Virus record (IMG/VR): IMGVR_UViG_3300036944_001243 | From: a virus | Taxonomy: Duplodnaviria; Heunggongvirae; Uroviricota; Caudoviricetes | Reading direction: 5' to 3' (one strand) | Length of the DNA: 64,000 bases | Part shown: one piece after another, positions 1 to 7,476 of the stretch | Layout: each line of letters begins with the position of its first letter | How positions within the stretch are numbered: the first letter of the stretch is position 1 | Notes under the pieces: generated by a model | Seen by the model: only the letters and a program-made list of their open reading frames with translations | Database searches by the model: none | What the model was told of the DNA's origin: nothing | Position numbers and translations under genes: made by a program

Positions 1-10
1 TGCTGGATTT

Positions 11-457
11 TTGAAGAAAATGGGTGTGGTTTATTTCGACCCATACAAAAAGCCATTTGTCAATGCTCCAGATGAAGATGAGAACACTCATGAAAGAATG
101 TATCAATTGATGGACAGCGGCGAATTTGACGAAGTTGCTCATCACTTTAAAAAAGTTCGTTCTTTCGATTTGTCAATGGTAGACCGCAGTGATTTTATTA
201 TTTGTTTTTTAAATCCAAAAGTTCCAACATACGGAACTGTCGAAGAACTTTCTTGGGCAGTTCGAATGAAAAGACCAATTTTTGTGGTTGTTGAAGGCGG
301 AAAATCAAAAACGCCCCTATGGGTGATGGGAATGCTACCTCATAAATATATTTACGATTCTTTTGACGAAGTGAAAAAAGTCTTGACAAATATTGATTCT
401 GGTATTAAATCAATTGACTCCGAAAGATGGAGGCTATTCAAACATGAACTTCGATGA
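11..457 (+). CDS. nucleoside 2-deoxyribosyltransferase-like protein (Rossmann-like); probable true start ATG at 20
   Basis: ORF track 148 aa; VYFDPY...FLNPKVPTYGTVEELSWAVRMKRPIFVVVEG resembles deoxyribosyltransferase/DUF4406 fold; paralog at 43895. Confidence 0.45.
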   Translation: MKKMGVVYFDPYKKPFVNAPDEDENTHERMYQLMDSGEFDEVAHHFKKVRSFDLSMVDRSDFIICFLNPKVPTYGTVEELSWAVRMKRPIFVVVEGGKSKTPLWVMGMLPHKYIYDSFDEVKKVLTNIDSGIKSIDSERWRLFKHELR

Positions 458-1020
458 ACATTGTAACTTCAGATTCAAAAACTACACTGCTACTCAATAA
501 CGCTTGGCAACCGATCAATACGGTTACTGCTAGGGCAGCATTCACTCACCTTCTAAAAGGTCACGCGACTGCATTAGATAAAAATGGTGTATTGTTTCAC
601 TCTTTGAGTTCTTGGAACGAATTGGCAGAATTCTACGAAGATCAACCGATGCTTCGAAGTGCAAAGTCTGCATGGCCGATTCCAACAATTATTATTGTTA
701 CTAGCAAATTTTTCCGTAGACCAAAGAAAAGAAAGCTTAGTCTTTACGATCTAGCTAAAATTCATGGTTACATTTGCCAATACTGCCTTAACAAAACCGC
801 TTTGTCTGAATTGACAATCGATCACGTTAAGCCAAAAAGCAAAGGCGGCACAGATGATCACGAAAATCGTGTTCTTGCTTGTCGCTCCTGCAACACCAAG
901 AAGAGTTCGCATTCTCCTTGGTTCGATGTGAATGGAAACATTCCAAAAGCGCCATTGATTCCAGCTTTGATGCTCAATGCTCCAAAGATTCGGCAAGAAT
1001 GGGAAGGTTTTTTGCATTAA
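454..1020 (+). CDS. HNH homing endonuclease
   Basis: HVKPKSKGGTDDHENRVLACRSCNTKK HNH motif; start overlaps upstream stop (ATGA). Confidence 0.8.
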   Translation: MNIVTSDSKTTLLLNNAWQPINTVTARAAFTHLLKGHATALDKNGVLFHSLSSWNELAEFYEDQPMLRSAKSAWPIPTIIIVTSKFFRRPKKRKLSLYDLAKIHGYICQYCLNKTALSELTIDHVKPKSKGGTDDHENRVLACRSCNTKKSSHSPWFDVNGNIPKAPLIPALMLNAPKIRQEWEGFLH

Positions 1021-1177
1021 TTCTAAATAAAAATTGAAAAAAAGCGTTCAATTCTTAGAATAGAGTGTAAGAACTTTAAATGAGATATTTTAATCCATCA
1101 AAAACAATCGCAAACCTCTCAAATACTGAGTGGGATGTCGATTAATCGCGGGTAAAAAAGATTTTTTGTTCTCTTTG

Positions 1178-1206
1178 CCCAGCCCTCAAAAGCTGGGTCT
1201 TTTTTT
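1178..1206 (+). terminator. rho-independent terminator (CCCAGC-loop-GCTGGG + T7)
   Basis: 6-bp GC stem followed by TCTTTTTTT, downstream of HNH gene. Confidence 0.7.
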
Positions 1207-1233
1207 GACCAAAAAAGATTCTCAAAAAAGACG

Positions 1234-1261
1234 TTGACAAATTCAGAACGTCTGGTATAGT
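1234..1261 (+). promoter_or_regulatory. sigma70-like promoter TTGACA-N16-TATAGT upstream of tRNA array
   Basis: TTGACA at 1234-1239, TATAGT at 1256-1261, about 90 nt before first tRNA. Confidence 0.55.
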
Positions 1262-1353
1262 CAAAACATCAACGGCAGCGAGCGCCTGAAGCCGCTAAAG
1301 TCCGAGAGGGAGATTAGGGTGCAATAAACCTACTAAATACAAAAAATCTAAAT

Positions 1354-1425
1354 GCTCTCATCGTCTAATGGTCAGGACATCTGGTTTTCAACCAGCAGAT
1401 CGGAGTTCAATTCTCCGTGAGAGTA
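1354..1425 (+). tRNA. tRNA-Glu(TTC)
   Basis: hand-folded cloverleaf: acceptor GCTCTCA/TGAGAGT, anticodon loop TTTTCAA, T-arm CGGAG-TTCAATT-CTCCG; no encoded CCA. Confidence 0.75.
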
Positions 1426-1513
1426 GGTGCAGTAAATTACAAGACTTCCACGCAGTCTGCACTGGACAACTTTTTTAGTTGACAAACATTGTAATAAGTA
1501 ATAGATTTTAAAT

Positions 1514-1590
1514 CGTGGGTAGGACAAGATGGTTAGTCGAGAGTCTCATAAGCTCTATTCTGGGGGATTCAAGCGCCCCACCCGCAACCA
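1514..1590 (+). tRNA. tRNA-Met(CAT), C1-A72 mismatch (initiator-like), CCA encoded
   Basis: anticodon stem AGAGT/GCTCT loop CTCATAA; acceptor CGTGGGT/ACCCGCA with 1-72 C-A mismatch; CCA then AATTT. Confidence 0.6.
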
Positions 1591-1850
1591 ATTTTCAGTT
1601 ATTCGAAACAGAATCGGATATTAAAAATAAAAAGGCCCAAAGTCTGGAATTCCGAAAGAATTTGCAATGTGGTCGATACGCATTGACTGACAATTTCTAA
1701 CTACCTAAAAACCAGTTGGAAATATGCAAGAGCCTAGCTTGCACCGAAATAACTGACTAACATTTTTGAGTGCTGTTAGATAAGGGATACTTCTTCACTA
1801 TTAATGAAACCAAAAACCCCTTGTCGCCTGTTGCCTCAAATTCTTTTAAC

Positions 1851-1927
1851 TGGACGGCATGCAGTAGTGGTGCTGCGCGAGTCTCATAAGCTCGATTGTA
1901 TCGGTTCGACTCCGATCTGTCCTACCA
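1851..1927 (+). tRNA. tRNA-Met/Ile2(CAT)-like, irregular acceptor/D junction
   Basis: anticodon stem CGAGT/GCTCG loop CTCATAA, perfect T-arm ATCGG-TTCGACT-CCGAT, CCA encoded; acceptor pairs only with 1-72 mismatch and 3-nt 8-9 linker. Confidence 0.4.
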
Positions 1928-1936
1928 ATTTTGATT

Positions 1937-2225
1937 AGCAAAAAGGGTGTTTCAACAGCCATAATGCGCTAATCCTTCAGAATTTCGGTGATCTGAAGAG
2001 AAAGAAAACACCGTCCAATTTCAAAAATCATAGGGGAAACGCAGGTTCGAAGTCTGCTGGTAGGGAGATAATACCTTACTGTCGTTTAATACGGAAAGAC
2101 GCCCCTTATTTTAGCAAGCTTAACAGCGTATATCATCTACATCAGAATTTAAAAATGCGTTATAACGCCTCTTTTTAAAAGAGTCTTCTTTAATGAGAAA
2201 GGAATCTGATTTGCTAATATTTTAT
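1937..2225 (+). ncRNA. ORF-free structured region with T-arm-like hairpin (GCAGG-TTCGAAG-TCTGC) and long-range complementary segments; candidate ncRNA/decayed tRNA
   Basis: GATTAGC...GCTAATC and GGTGTTTC...GAAAACACC complementarity, CCAATTT motif without tRNA body. Confidence 0.25.
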
Positions 2226-2311
2226 GTGCGACTAAAGACAGCGGCTTCTGTCAGCAAGACTGTAAATCTTGTCCTTAACTGGGAGTGGATCGACACCACA
2301 GGCGCACACCA
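2226..2311 (+). tRNA. tRNA-Tyr(GTA)-like with long variable arm; irregular (A54 T-loop ATCGACA, 4-nt 8-9 linker)
   Basis: anticodon stem CAAGA/TCTTG loop CTGTAAA; acceptor GTGCGAC/GGCGCAC; CCA encoded. Confidence 0.45.
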
Positions 2312-2319
2312 ATTTCAAA

Positions 2320-2411
2320 GGAAGTATGGCAGAGCGGTCTATTGCACTATCTTGGAAAGATAGAGGTCGCCGAGTGGTGGCCCATAGGTTCAAATCCTAT
2401 TACTTCCGCCA
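2320..2411 (+). tRNA. tRNA-Ser(GGA), type II
   Basis: acceptor GGAAGTA/TACTTCC, anticodon stem CTATC/GATAG loop TTGGAAA, long variable arm, T-arm ATAGG-TTCAAAT-CCTAT, CCA. Confidence 0.75.
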
Positions 2412-2419
2412 GTTTTAAT

Positions 2420-2494
2420 GGGTCGTTCGTCCAACGGACAGGACTTCTGCCTTCTAAGCAGACTATAGAGGTTCGATTCCTCTACGACCTACCA
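2420..2494 (+). tRNA. tRNA-Arg(TCT)
   Basis: acceptor GGGTCGT/ACGACCT, anticodon loop CTTCTAA, T-arm AGAGG-TTCGATT-CCTCT, CCA+ATTT. Confidence 0.8.
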
Positions 2495-2511
2495 ATTTTT
2501 AATGTTTTTAT

Positions 2512-2602
2512 GGGTGTGTGGCAGAGTGGTTTATTGCAGCAATCTTGAAAATTGCAGAGCGTGATGAGCGTTCCGTGGGTTCAAATCCTACCGCACCCGC
2601 CA
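2512..2602 (+). tRNA. tRNA-Ser(TGA), type II
   Basis: acceptor GGGTGTG/CGCACCC, anticodon stem GCAAT/ATTGC loop CTTGAAA, long variable arm, T-arm GTGGG-TTCAAAT-CCTAC, CCA. Confidence 0.75.
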
Positions 2603-2610
2603 AATTTAAT

Positions 2611-2687
2611 CCCTGTCTGGTGTAAGTGGTCTGCACGATTCGCTGAAGACGAGTAGGATGCCTGATCGAAACGGGCGACAGGGGCCA
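2611..2687 (+). tRNA. tRNA-Phe(GAA); T-loop begins with A (ATCGAAA)
   Basis: acceptor CCCTGTC/GACAGGG, D-stem GTGT/GCAC, anticodon stem ATTCG/CGAGT loop CTGAAGA, CCA+ATTT. Confidence 0.7.
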
Positions 2688-2970
2688 ATTTTCAATCTAA
2701 TCTATGAACGATATGGGGCAAGACTATTCTCTTGTCTGTGAGCGATGGAGCAACGGACGCGCTTATTAGATTGATATTTTTTCTTTACATTCATCTGAAA
2801 AGAGCCTATAGTGAACGCAATAGTAAGTCACACGCTTCGGTAGACTATGATAGCGGGCAAATCACAGTTGATGAATGTCAAATCCTTGGATCGGCATATA
2901 TAGTAATGCTGCCACCGTGGAGGTGGAGGAAACTGATGCAAGCGCAGTGAAAAGGACCAATTTCTATAAC

Positions 2971-3054
2971 GGGTGTATAGGTAAGCGGACGAAACCACCT
3001 AGCTTTTAACTAGGTATCTCAACAACGTGGGTTCGAATCCCACTGCACCCACCA
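2971..3054 (+). tRNA. tRNA-Lys(TTT), extended variable region
   Basis: acceptor GGGTGTA/TGCACCC, anticodon stem CCTAG/CTAGG loop CTTTTAA, T-arm GTGGG-TTCGAAT-CCCAC, CCA. Confidence 0.65.
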
Positions 3055-3428
3055 TATTTTTCTACAAAATCATTGATAAAGTGTTTTTTGTGCATTGTTT
3101 TTTCAAATTCCACTTTTCGGTGGCAGCAAGCGCAAAGTAGTTGACACTTATCGAGTTCTGCTCTCATTTTTTCCCAACTCCTTGTGTGTGGATGAGAGAT
3201 TTGAAATTCCTTTGTTGAGGGATCTAAGTGATGAAAATCAAATTCCGCTGGTAATCCAGTATGGCCGCAGATTTCGCATTTTGCACCTTTATATTGGTGA
3301 GCTTTAAAATTCATTTCAATTCTCCTCCTATCTACAAAGTATTTGTTTTTGCACTTTAAGGAGCAGAAATCCTTTGGTCTTCCTTCTTTTGGAACTTCTT
3401 TTTCGCAACAATGATATTTACATTTCAT
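3006..3428 (-). CDS. HNH homing endonuclease (Cys-rich zinc-finger + HNH)
   Basis: DFHHLDPSTKEFQIS...CQLLCACCHRKVE; paralog of 7477..7896; 3' end overlaps tRNA-Lys on opposite strand. Confidence 0.75.
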   Translation of the reverse strand: MKCKYHCCEKEVPKEGRPKDFCSLKCKNKYFVDRRRIEMNFKAHQYKGAKCEICGHTGLPAEFDFHHLDPSTKEFQISHPHTRSWEKMRAELDKCQLLCACCHRKVEFEKTMHKKHFINDFVEKYGGCSGIRTHVVEIPS

Positions 3429-3483
3429 AGAATATATTACACAAAAAGTATAACAATAACTTGTTAATCTTTTAAATTTTTAT

Positions 3484-3560
3484 GCAACAAAAGCCACAGC
3501 GGACGGGCATCTGACTCTTACTCAGCTATCGTGTGGGTTCAACTCCCACTTGTTGCACCA
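3484..3560 (+). tRNA. tRNA-Lys(CTT)
   Basis: acceptor GCAACAA/TTGTTGC, anticodon loop CTCTTAC, T-arm GTGGG-TTCAACT-CCCAC, CCA+ATTT. Confidence 0.7.
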
Positions 3561-3578
3561 ATTTCAAACAATTTTAAT

Positions 3579-3654
3579 TCCCAAGTAGCACAGCGGTAGT
3601 TGCGACTGGCTGTTAACCAGTATGTCGGTGGTTCGATCCCACCCTTGGGAGCCA
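3579..3654 (+). tRNA. tRNA-Asn(GTT)
   Basis: acceptor TCCCAAG/CTTGGGA, anticodon stem ACTGG/CCAGT loop CTGTTAA, T-arm GGTGG-TTCGATC-CCACC, CCA+ATTT. Confidence 0.8.
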
Positions 3655-3661
3655 ATTTTAC

Positions 3662-3735
3662 GGTCCATAAGCATTGTGGCGATGCACCCTCCTTGTAAGT
3701 GGGAGATGACAGTTCGATTCTGTCATGGACCTCCA
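3662..3735 (+). tRNA. tRNA-Thr(TGT) (one U-U mismatch in anticodon stem)
   Basis: acceptor GGTCCAT/ATGGACC, D-stem GCAT/ATGC, anticodon loop CTTGTAA, T-arm GACAG-TTCGATT-CTGTC, CCA. Confidence 0.55.
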
Positions 3736-3740
3736 TGTTT

Positions 3741-3870
3741 TATAGTGGTGATATGCATTGGTTACTTCTATTTGGCAGACGAGACGCAGGTTCGAATCCT
3801 GTCTCCGCGTATTGCGGTGTAGCTTAGTGGATAAAGCGCGAAAATACCAAAGCAGCCTGTTCCCTGTAAT
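3741..3870 (+). pseudogene. tRNA pseudogene fragments: orphan T-arm+3' acceptor (3781-3810, no CCA) followed by orphan tRNA 5' half (GCGGTGTAGCTTAGTGGATAAAGCGCG, 3814-3840)
   Basis: GCAGG-TTCGAAT-CCTGT T-arm with no complementary 5' acceptor within 100 nt; downstream 5'-half-like sequence with no T-arm. Confidence 0.35.
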
Positions 3871-3873
3871 AAT

Positions 3874-3948
3874 TGGACTGTAGCTCAGAGGCAGAGCGCA
3901 CGCCCGATAAGCGTGAAGTCGAGATTTCGAAATTCTCCAGTCCAACCA
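3874..3948 (+). tRNA. tRNA-Ile(GAT) (C at position 33)
   Basis: acceptor TGGACTG/CAGTCCA, anticodon stem CACGC/GCGTG loop CCGATAA, CCA+ATTT. Confidence 0.65.
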
Positions 3949-4210
3949 ATTTTCTATTGACTTTGTTGTTTAAATGAGCATACTAAACGTATGGAACTAG
4001 CATCTGAAGAACAGATTCAAAAATATATCGATAAAGCTGATGAATTCCTTAATCAGCCTTGGCAAATAATGGTAAAATACGCCACTTCCAAACTCGCTAT
4101 CATAGAGTTTCTTGCATGGCAAGATGGTTTGACCATCTATGAATACCATAAGGAAAAATTTGACAGTCACCAAAACGCCTCTTAATATGCGAACCAGTTT
4201 GGTGCTTAAT

Positions 4211-4285
4211 AGGCGCGTAGCTGAGTGGTTGTAGCACCTCTTTGATAAAGTGGAGACGCAGGTTCAATTCCTGCCGTGCCTACCA
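4211..4285 (+). tRNA. tRNA-Ile(GAT)-like (second copy, U-U mismatch in anticodon stem)
   Basis: acceptor AGGCGCG/CGTGCCT, D-stem GCTG/TAGC, anticodon loop TTGATAA, T-arm GCAGG-TTCAATT-CCTGC, CCA+ATTT. Confidence 0.55.
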
Positions 4286-4342
4286 ATTTCATTGACATCC
4301 CACGCCTCTGACGCAAGCGTAATTTGGGATGTGTTTTTCAAA

Positions 4343-4417
4343 GCGTGTATCGTATAATGGTTATTACACAACGTTGCCAACGTTGATACGTCAGTTCGAT
4401 TCTGACTACATGCACCA
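4343..4417 (+). tRNA. tRNA-Gly(GCC)
   Basis: acceptor GCGTGTA/TACATGC, anticodon stem CAACG/CGTTG loop TTGCCAA, T-arm GTCAG-TTCGATT-CTGAC, CCA+ATTT. Confidence 0.8.
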
Positions 4418-4453
4418 ATTTCTCAAATCTTTTAATCAAGTGTATTACCTTAT

Positions 4454-5059
4454 ATGAGGAAATTTTATGATTGGGTTGAAATTCAACGCATGTATGATGA
4501 TGGATTATCTATGCGTGATATTAAATCAAAAATTGGTGTTAATATGGCATCTATGGTTAAAGCGGTTAGAAGAGGCGACCTCGTAACAAGGAGTTTATCT
4601 GATTCAATGAAATTGGTTGTCGCTCAAGGAAAAAATGATCCTGCCGCTATAATTCGTCAACCTAAACATCGTGAGGCGGCTCGTCAAAGGATGTTGGCTA
4701 GAATTAGCGAAAACCCTAATAACCATCCGAACAGAAAGCTCGCTGGTAATCGAAAAAACATGTCATTTCCAGAGAGATTAGTATTTGATTTATTTATTGA
4801 CAAAAAGATTAACTTTGAGCATAATAAGTATATTAAGCCTTTTTGGCCTGATTTTGTAATAGAGAACAAACTCATTATTGAAATTGATGGAGAAAGATGG
4901 CATGATAAAGAAAAAGATTTTCAAAAAGATATATTCTTTCGCTCTCTTGGTTATAGAGTCGTAAGAATTCCAGCTAAAGAGGTATTAAAAAATCCTTTAA
5001 TAGTATTAAATTTCATCGGGGATGAGGAAGACAGCGAATCCGCTACGTTTGGGACGTAG
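4454..5059 (+). CDS. HTH + DUF559/Vsr-like endonuclease domain protein (putative homing endonuclease)
   Basis: C-terminal ...LIIEIDGERWHDKEKDFQKDIFFRSLGYRVVRIPAKEV matches DUF559 restriction-endonuclease-like fold. Confidence 0.55.
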   Translation: MRKFYDWVEIQRMYDDGLSMRDIKSKIGVNMASMVKAVRRGDLVTRSLSDSMKLVVAQGKNDPAAIIRQPKHREAARQRMLARISENPNNHPNRKLAGNRKNMSFPERLVFDLFIDKKINFEHNKYIKPFWPDFVIENKLIIEIDGERWHDKEKDFQKDIFFRSLGYRVVRIPAKEVLKNPLIVLNFIGDEEDSESATFGT

Positions 5060-5070
5060 AGACACTCGGG

Positions 5071-5097
5071 GCAGCACCGAGATCCCTGACCATTTTT
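5071..5097 (+). terminator. hairpin CTCGG-GGCAGCA-CCGAG followed by T-run, possible terminator after 4454..5059
   Basis: 5-bp stem then ATCCCTGACCATTTTT. Confidence 0.35.
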
Positions 5098-5101
5098 ATA
5101 T

Positions 5102-5199
5102 CGTGCAGTTGCCTAGCTTGGTAAGGAGCCTGACTTGGAATCAGGTAGCGGGGACAAGAGCGTTTACCGTCGTGGGTTCGAATCCCACCTGTGCGACCA
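5102..5199 (+). tRNA. tRNA-Pro(TGG)-like, 98 nt with about 26-nt insertion between anticodon and T arms
   Basis: acceptor CGTGCAG/CTGTGCG (2 GU), anticodon stem CCTGA/TCAGG loop CTTGGAA, T-arm GTGGG-TTCGAAT-CCCAC, CCA+ATTT. Confidence 0.5.
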
Positions 5200-5329
5200 A
5201 TTTCAAAAAAATCAAAAAACAGGTTGACAAAAGATCCAATATCTGCATAATCAATCACATCGCCGCGACGAATCAAGAGTTCTCAAAAGCGATCTTAGAA
5301 AATCAAAGGTTTTCTTCGTAAAAAGTTCT

Positions 5330-6224
5330 TTTAAATAAATAAAAATTTGCCCGCTTGGGGGCATCATGGGATAATCTAGAAGTGATTCTAGGAAAGGGAT
5401 AAGGCTCCTACGCCGCCCGCTGTATAAAAGCAGTCCACCAAGCAAGCCGAGAGACGCGAACATACAAACATTTTAAAATATTTGTGTGGTTGAAGCCTAC
5501 GGATCGAGGAGAAACAAAACAGCGAGGTCAACGATGTAGCTGGCCCTGAAAGGGGAGTTTCAATAAGGTCTGAAAGCCTGAGTTTCAAAGGGTAGTCATA
5601 AGTCAGAGTAGAGATACAAAGGCGGAAAGACATGCTGAGAGGTTGTTTTCAGTTTTATATTGAGGATGGTCTTGAATGTGATGAAGAAGTAGCGATACTG
5701 ATTCTAGTTGGTGTGTTGTATTTCTGGTTCTGAGAGGAATTGGAAGCAGCGTGGTTGCGCACACTGACGTAGGTTTCCATTTATTTGCTGGTTCGAATCC
5801 AGCCTCCCCCGCCATCAGAGCATCTAGCTTATGCTTTGACGGGGGGAGTAGCCAAATGGTAAAGGCAGTTGTGTATAAAACAATATTATAAATACTAAAA
5901 GCAAAAGTCGTAACCCCGAAAGCTCAAAAGATGACTAATACCATAGCAGCAATGTAATATGGTGCGGACCCTGACCCAGCAAGGCACAGGGCGTTTAATC
6001 CAAGAAGAAGATTTTGCGGTAGGCATACCCCGAAACTTTGGAAAGGGTTGAGTAGAGTAAGCGGTAAATCGCGAATGCCAGCGATAAATAAAATGGCGTC
6101 ATTGACTGGATACTGTCGAGAGGCAGTGGATAAGTAAGCAAGTAGTGGCTTGGAATGTCGCTTAATAATCTTGCTAAAGGCTGGTCGCTAAAGTTTGTAA
6201 TCTCAGGACTTATTAATCTTCAAC
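5330..6224 (+). ncRNA. ORF-free structured region with circularly permuted tRNA-like module: candidate two-piece (permuted) tmRNA or other tRNA-like ncRNA
   Basis: T-arm GCTGG-TTCGAAT-CCAGC + 3' acceptor CTCCCCC + G + CCA at 5787-5814. A 26-nt spacer hairpin follows. The perfectly complementary 5' acceptor GGGGGAG sits at 5841-5847, followed by a D-like arm. AAATGG (5853-5858) is complementary to CCATTT (5777-5782) just 5' of the T-arm (P2-like). No canonical ...AA-stop tag frame found. Confidence 0.3.
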
Positions 6225-6296
6225 GCTTCGTTAGCTCAGTGGTAGAGCGGATTCTTTATAAGGGTCGGGTCGCTGGATCGTTCCCAGCACGAAGTA
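6225..6296 (+). tRNA. tRNA, anticodon TAT? (Ile-UAU-like), irregular T-loop ATCGTTC, no CCA
   Basis: acceptor GCTTCGT/ACGAAGT, D-arm GCTC-AGTGGTA-GAGC, anticodon stem GATTC/GGGTC loop TTTATAA. Confidence 0.45.
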
Positions 6297-6303
6297 TTTA
6301 AAT

Positions 6304-6378
6304 GGCTTGATCATATAATGGTTATTATGCACCCCTGGTATGGGTGATACTGGAGTTCGATTCTCCATCGAGCCTCCA
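6304..6378 (+). tRNA. tRNA-Thr(GGT)
   Basis: acceptor GGCTTGA/TCGAGCC, anticodon stem CACCC/GGGTG loop CTGGTAT, T-arm TGGAG-TTCGATT-CTCCA, CCA+ATTT. Confidence 0.8.
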
Positions 6379-6391
6379 ACAATTTTCAAAC

Positions 6392-6466
6392 GGGCAATTA
6401 GTAGAACGGACATAACGTTGCGCTACGGACGCGAAGAAAGAGGTTCAATTCCTCTATTGCCTACCA
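6392..6466 (+). tRNA. tRNA-Arg(ACG)
   Basis: acceptor GGGCAAT/ATTGCCT, anticodon stem TTGCG/CGCGA loop CTACGGA, T-arm AGAGG-TTCAATT-CCTCT, CCA. Confidence 0.7.
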
Positions 6467-6474
6467 GTTTTTAT

Positions 6475-6553
6475 GGAGCCATGGACAAATTGGTAAAGTC
6501 GCTACCCTGTCAAGGTAGATATGTTGCGGGTTCGATGCCCGTTGGTTCCGCCA
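6475..6553 (+). tRNA. tRNA-Asp(GTC)
   Basis: acceptor GGAGCCA/TGGTTCC, anticodon stem CTACC/GGTAG loop CTGTCAA, T-arm GCGGG-TTCGATG-CCCGT, CCA+ATTT. Confidence 0.75.
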
Positions 6554-6563
6554 ATTTTCTTAT

Positions 6564-6639
6564 GGATTAGTCATCTAATAGGCTAAGATCCTCCCGAGTG
6601 TGGAGGCAACGTGGGTTCAAGACCCCACCTAATCCACCA
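6564..6639 (+). tRNA. tRNA-like, anticodon undetermined (loop CGAGTGT, G33; possible AGT), 8-nt T-loop
   Basis: perfect acceptor GGATTAG/CTAATCC, CCA+ATTT; anticodon stem CCTCC/GGAGG; non-canonical loop. Confidence 0.45.
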
Positions 6640-6650
6640 ATTTATTTTAT

Positions 6651-6726
6651 GGGGCTATAGCATAATTGATAATGCATCTGCTTTGCAAGCAGCCGACTGT
6701 CGGTTTGAGTCCGACTAGCTCCACCA
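6651..6726 (+). tRNA. tRNA-Ala(TGC)
   Basis: acceptor GGGGCTA/TAGCTCC (G3-U70), D-stem GCAT/ATGC, anticodon loop TTTGCAA, T-arm GTCGG-TTTGAGT-CCGAC, CCA. Confidence 0.8.
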
Positions 6727-6924
6727 GTTTTGATGAAGATGCAGCTTGGTGCTGTTGGTGTGCTTACCTGCCACTCGAAAAGGTAAGAGTTAGCGTTCAA
6801 CGCTTCTTATCAAGCCCGCGCTTAACGATAGAGAAATGAACAAATACATACCATCCTCATGTTTGAAGGAAGGGTTTCAAGTTCAAAAGGAAAACGACTG
6901 CCTATCATAAAAGGGTCTAGGTGG

Positions 6925-6953
6925 TTCGAATCCACTCTTCATCATCATTCAAT
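6925..6953 (+). pseudogene. orphan tRNA 3' fragment (T-arm GGTGG-TTCGAAT-CCACT + acceptor CTTCATC, no CCA); complementary 5' acceptor GATGAAG lies 200 nt upstream at 6732
   Basis: possible intron-containing/split tRNA or decayed gene. Confidence 0.3.
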
Positions 6954-7029
6954 GGGGCGCACATACTACAGTGCTAACGTTGTAACTCAACGGCAGGCAA
7001 GCCGAAGTAGGTTTCGGGCCGCTCCACCA
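6954..7029 (+). tRNA. tRNA-like (76 nt, CCA encoded), irregular arms; anticodon uncertain (possible AAC)
   Basis: acceptor GGGGCGC/CCGCTCC (6/7), hairpin CGTT-GTAACTC-AACG, T-like hairpin CCGAA-GTAGGT-TTCGG, CCA+ATTT. Confidence 0.4.
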
Positions 7030-7119
7030 ATTTTCTGTAAAACAAAAGAGGTCAATAACCGCGCCTGATTATTGATTACGATGCGAGAGATCGGGCTTTA
7101 GGGGTTCTCACAGAATAAT

Positions 7120-7193
7120 GTTCCGTTCGTCTAATGGTAAGACTACTCCCTCCAAAAGAGAAAACGTGGGTTCGATTCCTACACGGTTCGCCA
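7120..7193 (+). tRNA. tRNA-Trp(CCA) with two U-U mismatches in acceptor
   Basis: D-arm GTC-TAATGGTAA-GAC, anticodon loop CTCCAAA, T-arm GTGGG-TTCGATT-CCTAC, CCA+ATTT. Confidence 0.5.
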
Positions 7194-7362
7194 ATTTTCC
7201 CTGCCTTTGAAAACAAAGACTTTTCAAAGTATTCTTTGGATATAAAGCTGGATCACAACCAGATGAGGCCAAGGACAGTCCGACACAAATTAAAGTATGG
7301 ATGGATTCGTGACCATCAGAAAATAGTCACTGTGGTTTTTCGGTAGTGGGGACAATTTTTAT

Positions 7363-7438
7363 CGCGTCGTGGGGAGAATGGCTATCTCACTGCCTGCAAA
7401 GCAGATTCATGCTGGTTCAAGTCCAGTCGGCGCGTCCA
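7363..7438 (+). tRNA. tRNA-Cys(GCA)
   Basis: acceptor CGCGTCG/CGGCGCG, D-stem GGGA/TCTC, anticodon loop CTGCAAA, T-arm GCTGG-TTCAAGT-CCAGT, CCA+ATTT. Confidence 0.75.
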
Positions 7439-7476
7439 ATTTCTATTACTCATGAAATTCGTGTAATAATGAGTAT

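Noticed and set aside
2700-2960. Possible additional tRNA or group I intron between tRNA-Phe and tRNA-Lys (CTTCGG tetraloop, GGACCAATTT end)
   Set aside because: No T-arm or closing acceptor helix could be built; left as unassigned spacer.
5330-5815. One-piece tmRNA with 5' end at GGGGGCATC (5343) and 3' end at 5814
   Set aside because: Only 5 of 7 acceptor pairs possible versus a perfect 7/7 with the downstream GGGGGAG; no tag ORF ending in AA-stop found in any frame; permuted arrangement kept only as a hypothesis.
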